NCBI GenBank assembly: GCA_976226885.1
Contig: OZ320316.1
Span: 80,352,001-80,416,000, forward strand
Length of the DNA: 64,000 bases
Reading direction: 5' to 3'
DNA from: Iphione sp. A-MEVVRFRX5
Taxonomy: Eukaryota
Part shown: piece after piece, positions 1 to 12,859 of the stretch
Layout: every line of letters begins with the position of its first letter
Numbering within the stretch: position 1 is the first letter of the stretch
The notes under the pieces: model-generated
What the model was told of the DNA's origin: nothing
The model's database searches: none
The model's input: the letters and a program-made list of their open reading frames with translations, nothing else
Translations under genes and position numbers: made by a program

Positions 1-72
1 CCCGTCGTAAACGTGGTCACCACAGTTTGAGCAGTGGACCACCTTGCCTTCGCGCACGTCCCTTCCAGGGTC

Positions 73-562
73 ATGTCTCCAAACAGTGAACCACAGGGCA
101 GGCAAGCCCAGGTACCAAGGGATGGGACCCCTATACCCAAGACCGACCGTTTTCTCCCTGTCCTCGTCGAGGAAGGCTCTGTACAATCGGAGATCCCGCA
201 GACCACTCAACACCGAGACCGGAGCAAAAAACTGAGCATGCTACAACTATCTCAATTCTATTCGGTTCTTGTTGACAGGGGCGTCCAGTCGGCGCCCACA
301 AGAACACTGTTAGTGGCGCCGTCTAGAAACGTTACCGTCACTGAATGTTTGTCAGCACCGTTGTCACCAGCACCACACATCGATAACGCGACATCAGGCA
401 GGGGCTGTGTCACATCAAGGTCTGCCGCAGTTCCTCAGGTGACCTGCACTACCATTACCAGCCACGTGAACGCTAGGGATAACACAGGAAATGAGCGCCG
501 GCGCACCGTCAAGATCAAGGCGTTGTATCATCGACCTGTACGCAAAGGCTTTGGCAAGAAAG
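73..562 (+). CDS. Candidate first coding exon (TTLL10 alternative, or an exon of a separate upstream gene)
   Basis: In-frame TGA at 28-30, ATG at 73, 163 open codons, donor AAG|gtaacg in phase 1. GC-richer than the flanking sequence. Confidence 0.45.
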
Positions 563-1032
563 GTAACGTTTTCCCTCATTTCCGTATCAGTATCAGTAGC
601 GCATGCGTCTATTACGGTTTCTTAGTTCAAATGCTTAGACTTCCTTTATCCTACATTCTGAACCTACTCTATAGCATGTACATTCACTGTACTCATGTTT
701 ATGTCTATAATAGGATTTCTACTCCATATGCAATTCACGTACTAATCTTAAGACTATCGTTCGAAAACATTTTATTGGGTCAAGACTCGAGTTGATATGG
801 GCATTCGTCGTGGGAGAGGAGGTTTCTGTTTTTCAAATCAATAGGAAGTTCTGACAGGAGGGATAGATCTCGTCTCTTTTGCTACTTCCCTCTTCCTCCG
901 ACTAATCTATACTGTACCCCGCTCTCTTATTCCTGAGCTCCTGTTCTCTGTCTCCCTTCAGTCTTTTTCGGCCTCTGTTAGTGACTTCTGAGATCGAATG
1001 CCCGTACATCGTTAGGGTGTAGATGGGCGCAG

Positions 1033-1087
1033 TGCCTCTCTCTCTGTCTCTCTGTTTCTGCCTTTCTTTGTCTCTCTGTCTCTCTTT
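1033..1087. repeat. Imperfect (CT)n / TCTCTG microsatellite
   Basis: cctctctctctgtctctctgtttctgcc...tctctgtctctctttt. Confidence 0.8.
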
Positions 1088-2184
1088 TCACTGCATAGGT
1101 TTCTTCAAATCTGGGAATTACTGTTTCCCTGATCAATGCTTTGCTATTATTAAACATCGCGAATACACTAATACACTGTATTTGGAAAGATTGCAAAGGT
1201 CAGAATGAAGAGAGGAAGACATGTGAACGCCTTTGTTATACTTGAAGAATATATAACTTCATTGGTTGAGTTTTGCTGCACAGGTTATTTCGCTAGGCAC
1301 TATGGTATAAGATTAATTGATACAGAAAGAATAGCCTTTAGATAGAAGTATACTATTAAAATTCAATCAATATTAAATCAGTTGACCTTCACTCTGAAAG
1401 CAAGTGCACTGGCATTGAATGACTGTTGACATTTTGGAAAGGTTACATATTATTAATGTGTAATTGTGTTAACATATATATAATATAAATACAGTAGACT
1501 CACAAGTTAGTGTCAGACCAGAAAAGCAGCTGGCCGGAAATTCTGTGGAATCAAATTTTTCCTTCTAACATCTAATATTGAGGGATATCAGGATTGCAGT
1601 CGGATCACAAAACCAGCCACCTCACACTGTAGTTGCTTAGTTTTGGGAATGAAAACAACATATCGAATCAACGATACGGCCAGTTATAGAGTTTAGATCC
1701 CTAAATCACTGAACCAAAACTAAGCAAAGCCTCAGACTGCAGTCTGTCAGGATGCGCACATATCCTGGACTGGCCCTCAGCAACTCCAGCCAGCCACACA
1801 GACCATGACACCTCACTGAAACCAACCCCAGTTTTTTTATTAGTTTTATTCGATCTTATGTAACTTTAATCAAGCTTGCTGCCTACTAAGAGATAATTCA
1901 AATATGCCAATGTTTTGACAAGGACTGCTGTTTGAAAACTGTGGAATTTGAATATTATCAGGTATAGGCGGTCAAAGGTTTATTGCAGTCGATTTTGCTT
2001 GGAACAAAGCATGACTATGGGACTCTACTGCATACACACTTATATATATATATTATGTATTTAGATATATAAGCTCCGATTAAGAGAATTGAAAGACCAA
2101 CCCAAGCTTTTGTCTTAGTGGAGTTTTTTTTTATCTTTTTGCCCATTTGTGAATAACTTCAGGATAAATAATGCTTCAGACGTC

Positions 2185-2495
2185 GGCCTAAAAATTCTGT
2201 GTTTCGGTAACATGCTGAAAATCTAGAGGGTTGGTAGGTGGGTGATTTTTTTATCTATTTGTTCTCAATGTTAATGGATCCTGAAAGTAATAAATGTGTA
2301 TTGTAACAGCACCTCTGCTTCTTAGAGTTTAATGAAACTTATAACAAATGGAAACTAGTAACCTAAAGAGCACAATGGTGTATTATATATGCTTCTAGCA
2401 TTATTCGATCTGACGATATTCACAAAACAATAAACAAATTAAAACCCAGAACTGGCCACCATGTAGGATTAGCCAGGTCATCGGAAACACAGATA
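2185..2495. mobile_element. Probable related MITE remnant
   Basis: Starts ggcctaaaaattctgtgtttcgg; inverted ggaaacacaga near 2485; resembles the ends of the Harbinger-like family. Confidence 0.4.
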
Positions 2496-2709
2496 TAGTT
2501 CTGATAGACCTTATAGAATACACGATTTTGTTCCTTACATCTTTCACATGATACCATACAGCTTCATTGCAGTAGAAATGCTTTTACCATATATATGTGC
2601 TGCTCTCAATACCAATTAACATTAGCAGAAACACAGCTATTTAATTTAAGCCCGACCCAACTGCATTTAATTCTATTTAGTTATAGTCTTTGTGTGGAAG
2701 TTGTACTTG

Positions 2710-3054
2710 GGCCAAAAAATAGACGTGTTTCTGGTTACAACAAGCAAAGAACCTAGGTAGGGAGGGGGGATAGCTTTTTAAAAATAATTTTCCCACTTTT
2801 TTCCTCTGGTTTTCAATTATGATAAAGACAGTATGAAGAATTAGACCAATCTGTGTGAATTTTACAGGTTTTTGGTGAATTTTCATGGATTTTTTGCTTT
2901 TCTACTGAATTTATCAAAAACATGTGCCTGAAAACATGCATCTAAGGATATTCAGCCTTGGAAATTCTTTGGGGCCAAAAACGTTTTAGGTAGGGTGAGG
3001 TTTTACTAAGCAGGGGTGGGTTACCAGAAACACAATCATGTATTTTTTTATGCC
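2710..3054 (+). mobile_element. About 345-bp MITE (PIF/Harbinger-like), copy 1
   Basis: Begins ggccaaaaaatag..gtgtttctggt and ends ccagaaacacaat..tttttttatgcc; colinear with 55873-56200. Confidence 0.75.
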
Positions 3055-3575
3055 TAGGCAGTATGGAGCGTGCCTTGCTACAAATATAATAATATCCTAC
3101 ACAACACGGTAGCATAACCTATAGAACAGAGCATAGCCACCTCATATCCGTACAAATATATCCTGTCCATTTAAGAATGCGTATATATATGTGGTAGATA
3201 ATCCTTACTGTAAGGGAATATGATACAGTCATGACCGGAGTAGCAGTGACAAACAGAACACATTGTTAGGGCACAAAACTCTCGTGTGGGAGAGAGGAGA
3301 GAGTAGTAGGAAATTCAGACATTTACTTTCCCTCGGGCCTGTTGCCAGACCTCTAATGACTGTTTTTAAACATGTAATGAAATAATAGAAATGCATTTTG
3401 TTCCAAGAAATAGAATTCACGGTTAACCAGGTGAACCAATGCAAGTTCACATAATGTACATGAGGTCCCCTGACATCTTTAGCTCAGACATGGACGAATA
3501 CATGTCCTCCAAGTCTGTTCGTCTTGCCTAATTGTTATTTGTTAAACACTTACCAACTGGAGGTCTACTTGTCAG

Positions 3576-3631
3576 ACACTTCAGCGCCGATCGCAAAGGG
3601 CGCCAAGTACAAGCCAGAAGAACGTCGCTAA
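3576..3631 (+). CDS. Candidate short terminal exon (DTSAPIAKGAKYKPEERR*)
   Basis: Acceptor tacttgtcag|AC is phase 1 and compatible with the donor at 562; ends TAA TGA. Confidence 0.2.
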
Positions 3632-5254
3632 TGAGAATTTACATCCATTACTGATCCGCAGAGAATGAACCCTGAGGTAGAAAGACGACTTTTTTAATCA
3701 TACAGAAAGCCTTTCTTTCATGTTGAGCCTAGGCAAGACAAGCCAGGCCTGTAGTGAGTTTCTGGTTTGTTAATGTCCTTTAAACTAGACTCAGATTACA
3801 GAAGTACCATGGGCCAGCTGATGTGAAAAGATTTTAGATGCACACGGACTGGAATACAGCAGAGACATTATATATACAACAGAATTTATAAAGGAGTACT
3901 ACTCACATTTTGATTGACGAATGTCATAATTATGACTTTGATTCCAAGAAATGAAGTTACCAGCAGCACAGCTGATGACCAAAGCTATGATTTTTGATAG
4001 TGTTATTTTAAAAACAATCTGTAAGATAGGGTATTTGGAGATAAGAAACACGCATTCCGAAAAGAAACGTTTATATGCTGAAGGATTTAAGCAGGAGAAA
4101 CATGGACGATCTAAAGATCTTCTAACTGAAGCTAGGGTCACCAAAGAATCGCTCTCATGCGAAGGGTGCCGTCAAGAGTGATGAAGATATACCACCGTTA
4201 TGATTTAAGAATAAATCGAACTCTTCATAATGACAGCTACGTGCTACATAAAACGGAAATGTGTTTTATCATTCATTCATATCTATGTGGTATACCCTGT
4301 GGTGCACTTAGAGATTACATGAGTATGCCTTGTTTGTAGCTTTTTTTAATAATGTCAGTGTAGCTTCGAAATACTTATTCATCGATGTTTTTCGATCAGA
4401 AGGTAATATTGAGTGTCAGTCTTAGGGACAATGACAGAACATACTTCGGAACCTATAAATCATACGAAGGTATGCAGTATTTCTCGCGATCATGATATTG
4501 GTACACATTCTCCCCAGCCCCACCCCCGAAACGTTCAATAAGAACTTGTCCTACCAATTATAAACCTAAGAAGGCAATACACCCACCTGGTTTACAACAC
4601 GTCCACTATGAGTTTCTGTCCTTCCTACACTCCGCAGTGCTTGTATTTTGCTTATTCTCAATTTGCGTATAAAGGTTCAGGCTTTCACATGGAGCTATCT
4701 TCAGAGAACGTCAGTAGATAATGAAGTGCTGCAGTTTAGCCTCATATGATAACCACCATCGATTACATGCATGAGGTGATCATGAAGTCACCAGTGTCAA
4801 CTTACACCTGTGTTTTTTGAATAATTGATAATTGGTTCCGTGAAAGGACCAGGTTCATAACAGATTGCGATGATATACTTATCAGGTGATATGGCCTAAG
4901 CATGATCTATTATCAGAACATCTGTCTTCGTAGTGAAGGTCTATTCGTCTAGGCGAATTTTCCCGTTGCAGCTTTACCAAGATAAAAGGAAAAACTATTC
5001 CTGAGATGTGTTTTGGACAGTGCTTTGTACTTTGGATTGTATGCTCTGTGGCCGACACTGTTTAGCTAGTGACATTTAATCGTTCTTCATTCATTCCATA
5101 CATTAGGACACTTGTACAGTATAATTGCAGTTGCGGTTTGGGGTATTGGAGACCCAGAGCTTTCGCCGTTGCGGCAGGCCGAAGGACACCTGTTTGTACA
5201 TCCTTTTAAATTATAGTATTTAGAAACATAATTATGACCATCATTGTTGATAAA

Positions 5255-5425
5255 CAGTGGTCCCCCATTATCCGACCACCTCCTAACTGACAATGCTACG
5301 TATCCAACATAGTTTCCAGGAACCAAATTTTAAAAAATCAGTGGAAATGTTTCCTAATCTGACATAGCTCATATATTGAACAGTATCTTAAGGAACAAGA
5401 AATGTCAGATAAGGGGGGACTACTG
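5255..5425. mobile_element. 171-bp Tc1/mariner (Tigger-like) MITE
   Basis: Imperfect TIRs cagtggtcccccattatccgac / gtcagataaggggggactactg, followed by TA. Confidence 0.7.
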
Positions 5426-6797
5426 TATACCCCTATAGAGAAGCAAATCCTATACATGCATGCATAGTCAAATGATGATATATTCCCGGCAGCATTCCAA
5501 AGTATTATGTCAAATCATTCCAGCCCATAACATCCGTCAGGAAAATCTTTACATGTGAATTTTAAAAGCACACCGTCCTAAATATTTCAGTGATAGAAAA
5601 AGTGAAGCCACATTGACTTGTCTACTGTAGCGATGTCTACGGGGTACATGTACACGTATGTCTGTGCAAATGGACACAGACGTATAATGCTGCCACCTTA
5701 CGGTTTTTCTGGTATTGATAAAAATCACCGAATGGAACGGTTGAATCCTTCGTACAGGTGTACACACCTTATTGAACAGTGAGTCGATCATTATGCTGGA
5801 TTCCCTAGTTTCGTCTCAATTGAGTGACTTTCTTAGCAGCATGTGATATTTTCTCTTTTACAAGTTCATTCACGGAGGAAGATAATGACCTTAACACTGG
5901 GGCATCAGTTGTTGCACCCATGCCATTCCCTCGTTTGATGCAACTGGTACAAGGAAAGAGTAAATTACACTATCCATATTGTAAATGTATAAATTAGTGA
6001 TGTTTGAAGTTGTGCTGATGTTATTAACTTACCAATAGCCTGATTGTCTTTACATCTATAAATATACATGTATATATTCACTACAATATACAAAATTATC
6101 TCGGGGGTCTAGGTTGATAACTGCTGGTGGGTGAAATCAACATATCACTTATCTCAGACACGCATCCATGTGTGTGAACACTACTCGGGTTGGGTGTTTG
6201 TACATTATATGTCCTGGCTTTTCTCACATGTCATGGCCATGCATCTGAATGTGTGAATACATGTATTAGCTGAAGTCCGAGGGCCAGTGATTACAAGATA
6301 TAATGGATGAGGTGGTGATAGCCACCGAGTGCATTATAGAGGGTGAGCTGGTCCACGGACTTTAACTGATTTAAACCAACCCTACCAACAACTGTATGGT
6401 TTGCCAATCGAGTCAAGAGGATTAGGTCCACCAAGTCGGTAGACAAGGTGGCTATCATGCTGTCCTAAATGAACAATTTGTAGAGAGGACCACCACTGGA
6501 TCAGTTTAGAATATTTTTGTGTGATTTGGGATCAGTTTAGAAGGTTTTTGTGCAATTTGGGATCATGTAAACTATTATCTAATTTGTACATAATTTGCAT
6601 TAAAAAAACTCAGTTTACACAGATTCGGACAGAATTCTTTGAGATATTGGGAAAAGAGGCGGGGGGGGGGGGGTATGGGGGGTCTCCCCCCACATTAACA
6701 AATTTATTAGTATTTTTCAATAAAAAGTGAAACATCTAACAATAGTTCATCTTTAACCTTGCAATATCTGAATGAATGATAGTCTAGTCATTGTCCA

Positions 6798-6880
6798 GCC
6801 TCTGTGGAGCAGTGGATACGAGCACTGGATGTTGCATAGGCCATGTGAGAGACCCAGGTTCGAATCCCCCACCAAGCTTT
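6798..6880 (+). mobile_element. tRNA-derived SINE head (Pol III internal promoter)
   Basis: A-box-like TGGAGCAGTGG (6805-6815) and B-box GGTTCGAATCC (6857-6867) at tRNA-like spacing; no complete cloverleaf. Confidence 0.55.
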
Positions 6881-9800
6881 GACAGATTTCATCAGGCCAA
6901 AAGCAGAAAACACCCATGAGAAAAACATGACAGACTGTACAAATATACAATATAATGAACTTGGGGGGATGATAGGGACATAGAGAGAAACATGTGGCAG
7001 AGGTGGTTTAAGTTCATAGAAAGACTGCCTAATAGTGATTCCTTATTTCTTGTAATAGATCAAAGTCAAATATGTAAATAGAAGCAGATGATTTGTGATT
7101 CATTCGATAGCTCCAGGAGACGAAACAGATAGAGAGAGGAATAGGACAAATACAGAAGGATAGACACACATGTAGTTGCAGTTACTGAAATGTATGAAAA
7201 TATTTATACCTCCGCATATTCTGCGTTCATCCCATACAGCCGCAAGGTCGTTAATTTTTAGGTATAATACTCTGTAGTTCTAGTGTCTATTCAGATAAAT
7301 TAATATGCCAAAATGTGTATCACACTTTTATTTCATATGCATGTAACTAGAGAAATGTATACATGAGCTTGGGTAGAGAAATAGGTCAACTGATTTTCGC
7401 TACTTCAAAGTCTCAAGAAAAATATTTAACATTAAGATATACATATGTACATGAACTGTAGATTTAACGCCTTTAATCCCAGCAGGCGCACCAAGTGCTT
7501 ACAGGAATTAATAAATGAAGAAGTAGACTGGGGAGACTAGGTTCCCCGCCAAACCACAATCCTAAAACACTACCAATATGATAATACATCAGCAAAAAAG
7601 AAATGCACAAAAATAAGATCCTTTGTGCGTGTGAAATTGGAACACTTTGCAAATCTCTCCCGTAACATATGAATACCACATTCTGCAAATTTGGACTGTT
7701 GCAAGTGCATTCCTATAAATTCCTGCACAGTAACTGATATCAGATAGACCCCATTGAATTATTGACCTAAGAGTTATTAGAACTAGAGTACTTGGACAGA
7801 AACTCCAAGGATCATAGCAGTAGGAGAGCTGTGCTATTCCTAGGTCCCCCCGTGGCTGGGGTACAATTTCAAAACTCTTATTTATGTAATATTACTGATC
7901 TTAGAATTCCTTGAGGTTTTGCCTCCAAGACTACAAGCATGCAGTTCATTCAATAATACTGTGTTGGTCGAATGCATTCTCCTCGCCGAGATTGAATCTA
8001 GTAATAGAACACCTACCCGACATCTTCCGTCAAGAGAGGTCTGACACATGAATGTACGGCCAGATTAGTTACCGATATCAATGTATGGTCTACCTGCCGG
8101 GCACACTGACCCGCAATTCAACTGCTATGCCTGTGGTGAAAATTGAACCAGCAAAAATCTTGGAGCATTATCTGCGCTTCGCAACAGGGCGCTTTGGCAA
8201 AGAATCCATTTGCAAGACTTCATGGCCGAAAGGTCCGAACACTCCATGGAACCGGACGTAAAAGGGATTAGTATTGGAAACAATTATGAATGTCCTTTCC
8301 AATCGAAAGGACACGGTTAACATGCAATATGCGGCCTGCAGTAGTGGCGAAGCCGGCACTTGTTTGCTCTCCAGAGAACCCATAGATGAAGCTAGTTACC
8401 TGAGTGTGTTCGGTTTGTACGGGACAGGGGTTGAACGGGGTGGTGCTGGTGGCGGTGAGCCCACTTCCTAGGTAAGTGAGTGGAAAGAGAGTCCCGTTTT
8501 TGCATGAGGATTGAGCAGAGGGGCGGTGTCACATCGAGGGTGTTAGATCCCTTGAAGCCCAAACTCAAGAAATGGCTGAAGCGACAGGCAAAGCCTCCGA
8601 TTGTAATGCACCAGAAGGTGCTGTGCAACACTGCCGATTTTTGACATCCACATTAACATTTCAACAAACGGTAAGTGACATAGCCTGTCAATATTGAGAG
8701 GAGGAAAATGTGTACACCTCAATCGTGAGCGTTTAGCGTTTAGCATTTTTAAGTGCATAACTTAATGGATCTGTCCTCAACTTTACTTGATCGGAAATAA
8801 CTATTGATGAAGCAATTTATTGACTTCAGGGTATTTTATATGAATGTCTATTGTAGTCTTTTGTATCGATAGCGATATGCTTCAAGTGGCAGTTTCAGTC
8901 AACCTGCACATACTGTTCCATGGCCCGATTTTAGACTTAATAAATAACGTCACTCTGCCTTGATATTAAATTTGTATACATGCCATGCTAATTGAAGTAA
9001 TTTTGATTTCACTATATCAAAGCCAGTGCGCACAGTTCCACCAATATATATTTGCAACTTGTGATTGAACAAGGATGGTAACAAGTGGCAATTCTATTTC
9101 TACGGCAAGAAAAGGCTATGCGATTGTGTTTCAACAGCCAGGCGTGAAATGTGACTGTTGGCTACGTTAAACTGTTGGTCCCCATGTATAGGGTGATTAA
9201 CAAGGGCAAGAAAGTACGGTTATTTTTGTATGATGTAGAATACCTCCTAGCCATCAACAAATTACAATTTCTCTTAGCATAATCTTCATGCGATATATAT
9301 ATGTATATATATCCAGCTGACAACAAGTTCTGTAGTGCTGACACCCGACAAGTGTACCGTCACTATACTGGAGATATTGTTTTACAAACAATGTGGAATT
9401 GCTATCAAATACCACGACAGGTGTATTTGGTTTCTCTAGGTGAGAACTGCTTAAGTAAACCTCGCTGATTCTTCCTGCTAGGTTAAGCACGCACGTGTAC
9501 AGGTTGATGGGTTCTACCACATACATTGCATACATATCTACGTCCAGCTATACACTCACACTAGTCTAGCTTGAATAGTTTTATTGACAAGCTTGGTCCT
9601 GTCTTATGTAATCAACGAGAGAGTTGGTAGCTTGGTCCATGAAACTTTATATTAAATACAGAGGTAAATATTCCCAGTGTTTGCACTACTTGTATGTCTT
9701 TATCGCGCATATAGTAGGTGCACTTAGATAATCACTGCACGGATTAGTCTGCCGGCTCATGCTCTGAACTCTCCACAGTGGTTAGAGCCCATTGGAAAAC

Positions 9801-10485
9801 AAGTGTTGTCAAGCGTGAAAAGGTTCCGATTAGTTTTTGAAACACTGGTTTTATAGTAGGTAGGCCGACTCGCACTACTAGCTTCAAACAACATATCCAT
9901 AAAGTCACACAGACAAGAGAGAGACTACTTAACTGAGATGAAAGATTTGAGAAAGCCAGAGACATTGTTGTAATTGTATGCATGTATATATATAGTCAAA
10001 GGGACTGTGTCACAACTGCATTGATATTATGGAGCATTATATTTCAAACGATGATAAACACGCTTTACATCAATAGCTACGCATTTGAAACAATTTTGTC
10101 AGGTAAATACCTTTAGATGGATGAGGGCCACTCCAATTTCCTACATATTCTCTTCTCTTAGTGATTTACAGCTCATCGATATGATTTACTGAGTGAAGTT
10201 GCTGATAAGATTTGGAGGGTTAATATTATATGTTTCGGGTTTTATTCAATTTATAACTGACTACAAGTTTAACCGCCTCCTGCCTCTTGCCTCACTAATG
10301 TTTAGCTCCAGTACTTCACAAACCTACGTGCTGATATAGACGTAGTAAAGTAAGCCCGCCTGCGGTAAGCACTTCCTTCTTTCACCAGGAAATCAGCCTG
10401 GACCAATAATCTCGCAACTTTCCCATTATTTATTGATACACTGCTCGCGAGTTGCTCCGAACCAAAACACACGGGTAAGCCACCG

Positions 10486-10499
10486 GTCACCATAGCAGC
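10486..10499. promoter_or_regulatory. Candidate RFX X-box
   Basis: GTCACCATAGCAGC is one mismatch from GTHNYYATRRNAAC, about 280 bp upstream of the candidate ATG at 10778. Ciliary genes are commonly RFX targets. Confidence 0.3.
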
Positions 10500-10777
10500 G
10501 CCGGAGCTAGTTCAGACGGCTCATGCCTGTTAGAGGAGGTTGGTATACACACTAGCTACCGCATCCCTACTTCATCTTCCTGCTTCATCGGCTACGAGCA
10601 CCTCGCGACCTGTGAACCTAATCAACAGGTAGCTTCCCTGCACCGGCTCACAGAAGCACTTGTTACTTATTATCAGTGCATGAGCAGACCGTAGCGGACA
10701 GTTTTTAGCCTGGACTGGCCTCCCTTCACACCCGTCAGGTGAACGCTTGTGGTTTGGGTTCGTCCTGCCTGGCATGA

Positions 10778-10907
10778 ATGTCTCACAAAACAGTGGATAT
10801 CGCCGGGGGGCTCAAGAACTATGTGTTCTTGAACCCATTTGCCTCCGATATGCTGCCGCTCCGCAGTGCCATCAACTTCGACTATGTGGACAGCAGCGAC
10901 GATGACA
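10778..10907 (+). CDS. Candidate alternative first exon (MSHKTVDIAGGLKNYVFLNPFASDMLPLRSAINFDYVDSSDDD)
   Basis: TGA immediately before ATG, 43 open codons with protein-like composition, consensus donor ACA|gtgagt in phase 1. Confidence 0.45.
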
Positions 10908-12859
10908 GTGAGTAGGACAGGAATATTTTCAATCGTTTACCCTTTTCCATTTTTAACGGAGAAGTGCATTCAGCGAACAGACCGCATTTTCTTTCCCTTG
11001 AAAAGACACCTTGCTGGACTAATGTCGTTGTTCTGGAAAAGGTGCACGAAAACTAGAGACGGCCAACCACACGTAAATTCCTCTCGATTAACGTATACAT
11101 GCATCACGTTTTCCGATTGTACACAGGATACTTGCGCTTTTTTGCCAAGACTTTCCATTCTAAAGTTGCATTGCTTGCATCTTGCCTCTTTTGCCTGCAC
11201 TGTTGCATGTTTTCCTCTCCATCGGCACTGCCGGTAGTTTACCGGAGACATTTACGATGGCATCGTCGGCCCCTCACCTGCAGAGCAGCATCAGTCTGGA
11301 ACCGACCAAACTCTTGTGTAATATGGCCGGGTCAGTAACAATCAACAAAGTCTATATGTATAGATACTGCAGATAAATGCTTCCAAGTGCATGAAATAGA
11401 TGGGTACTTTGTTCGTACCGCATGCAAAACACACATTCAATCACCACTGATAGATACACTGCCACTAGCTGAATTACCACAGCCGCATTTATACATGATT
11501 CATGCACAAGGGTTCTGATTGGGGATTGTTTTGGCACAAGTACCAATCGGGCGGGAGACATGATTCCAATTTGCAAACTCTTAATTAATGAATAATTGAA
11601 GTTGAAATTGAAGCTCAGTAATTCTTAAGAATGTTCTATATCACGTAGCATTATGGACCTTTGAATGTAAATAACGTAAATATACATGCCTTGAATATTT
11701 TACTTGTCTATGGTATGTCAGTATTGAAGATGATATTTATTAGAACCTTCGCTTCAGCTCCCCTAAAGACGCGCTGACAGTATGAAGAAGCCACCCCTAA
11801 GCCAGAACTTTTTGCAAAATATTTTGTCCACATTTGAAGTTATTGTTGGGAACTTGAATTGATTTGAGTATCGATGTTGTGCTCTGCACGTGTATTGATC
11901 ACCCTGTAGCCAATAATTCTCCACAACAAAAACAGAGTAGCTTGTCTGCAGTCGATGTCAAATGGGGCACATGAAGCTCCACTATACTCACATAAATGTT
12001 TCTAAGACAACTAGTCATATACATGCTAATGGAACATTTCGTTTTCTCTGGAAGTATTTTATGAAATGCACATTGTTTGTCCATGTACATTGCTGTTTTC
12101 AATAGACTTTACGCTGTCATGTCCTCCTTTTGGGGACCGAATTTACTGTTGATATCAGATAACTTTGAAAGATTACACATAAACATCAACCACACAATCA
12201 CATTATCTGTACTGGAGATATGCCTGCTACCAGCACAAAGAGCAGATGTCTATCCTTCCGTTTTACGAAAGCGAGAGCATACCTTTGACGAATCAACAGT
12301 AGTGCACCCATAGTTCGACAAGGACAATAACGGAGAATAAGGGATGGTACAACCATGACTACAAAGTTGTCCACCGATAGAAATAGTGAGAACATATAAC
12401 ACTCTGCAAATTGTGTAGCTGTCGCAGCTAGGGGACGACCTACAGGAAGATAGAACCAAGATTCAGTGGCTTTATGTGGCTCATATGACACGCTAGATTG
12501 GTGATATCCCTTATGCAATCCAACTCAAATTTCAATACAACAATTACTGTCCAAAGGTTCCTATTTCATTTAGACATACAAAGGAAGATTAGTCACCAGC
12601 AGTTGCTATCGATATATCCTGGCGGACAGCCTGTAACTTAATACCACTCTCATAGGTGCTAGTATAGGCAAGTATAGGAGCTGCCATGTACAGATTTGAA
12701 TGTTTGTGGTGTCATATCAGGGTGGTTGGAACCATTGTCAGGTGACAGTATGGAAACTGGTTACTTTGTGAGGCAATGTTGACAGTTCCATTGTGATGTC
12801 ATGTTCTGCATTTAGGTAGGTGAACCATGTATATTTTCCAGTTTCTTTTTCACTGGGGA

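Noticed and set aside
1-229. Open minus-strand frame (FFAPVSVLSG...HCSNCGDHVYDG) behind a cag acceptor
   Set aside because: Overlaps the longer plus-strand frame, which has a better donor. No recognisable domain, and it cannot be tested at the window edge.
1495-1632. tacagtagactc ... cactgta, possible TA-flanked MITE
   Set aside because: The inverted match is only about 6-7 bp and there is no second copy in the window.
3951-4181. 76-aa plus-strand ORF
   Set aside because: AT-rich, with no motif and no convincing splice boundaries.
6798-6880. Possible tRNA gene
   Set aside because: A and B boxes are present but the acceptor and anticodon stems do not form; treated as a SINE head.
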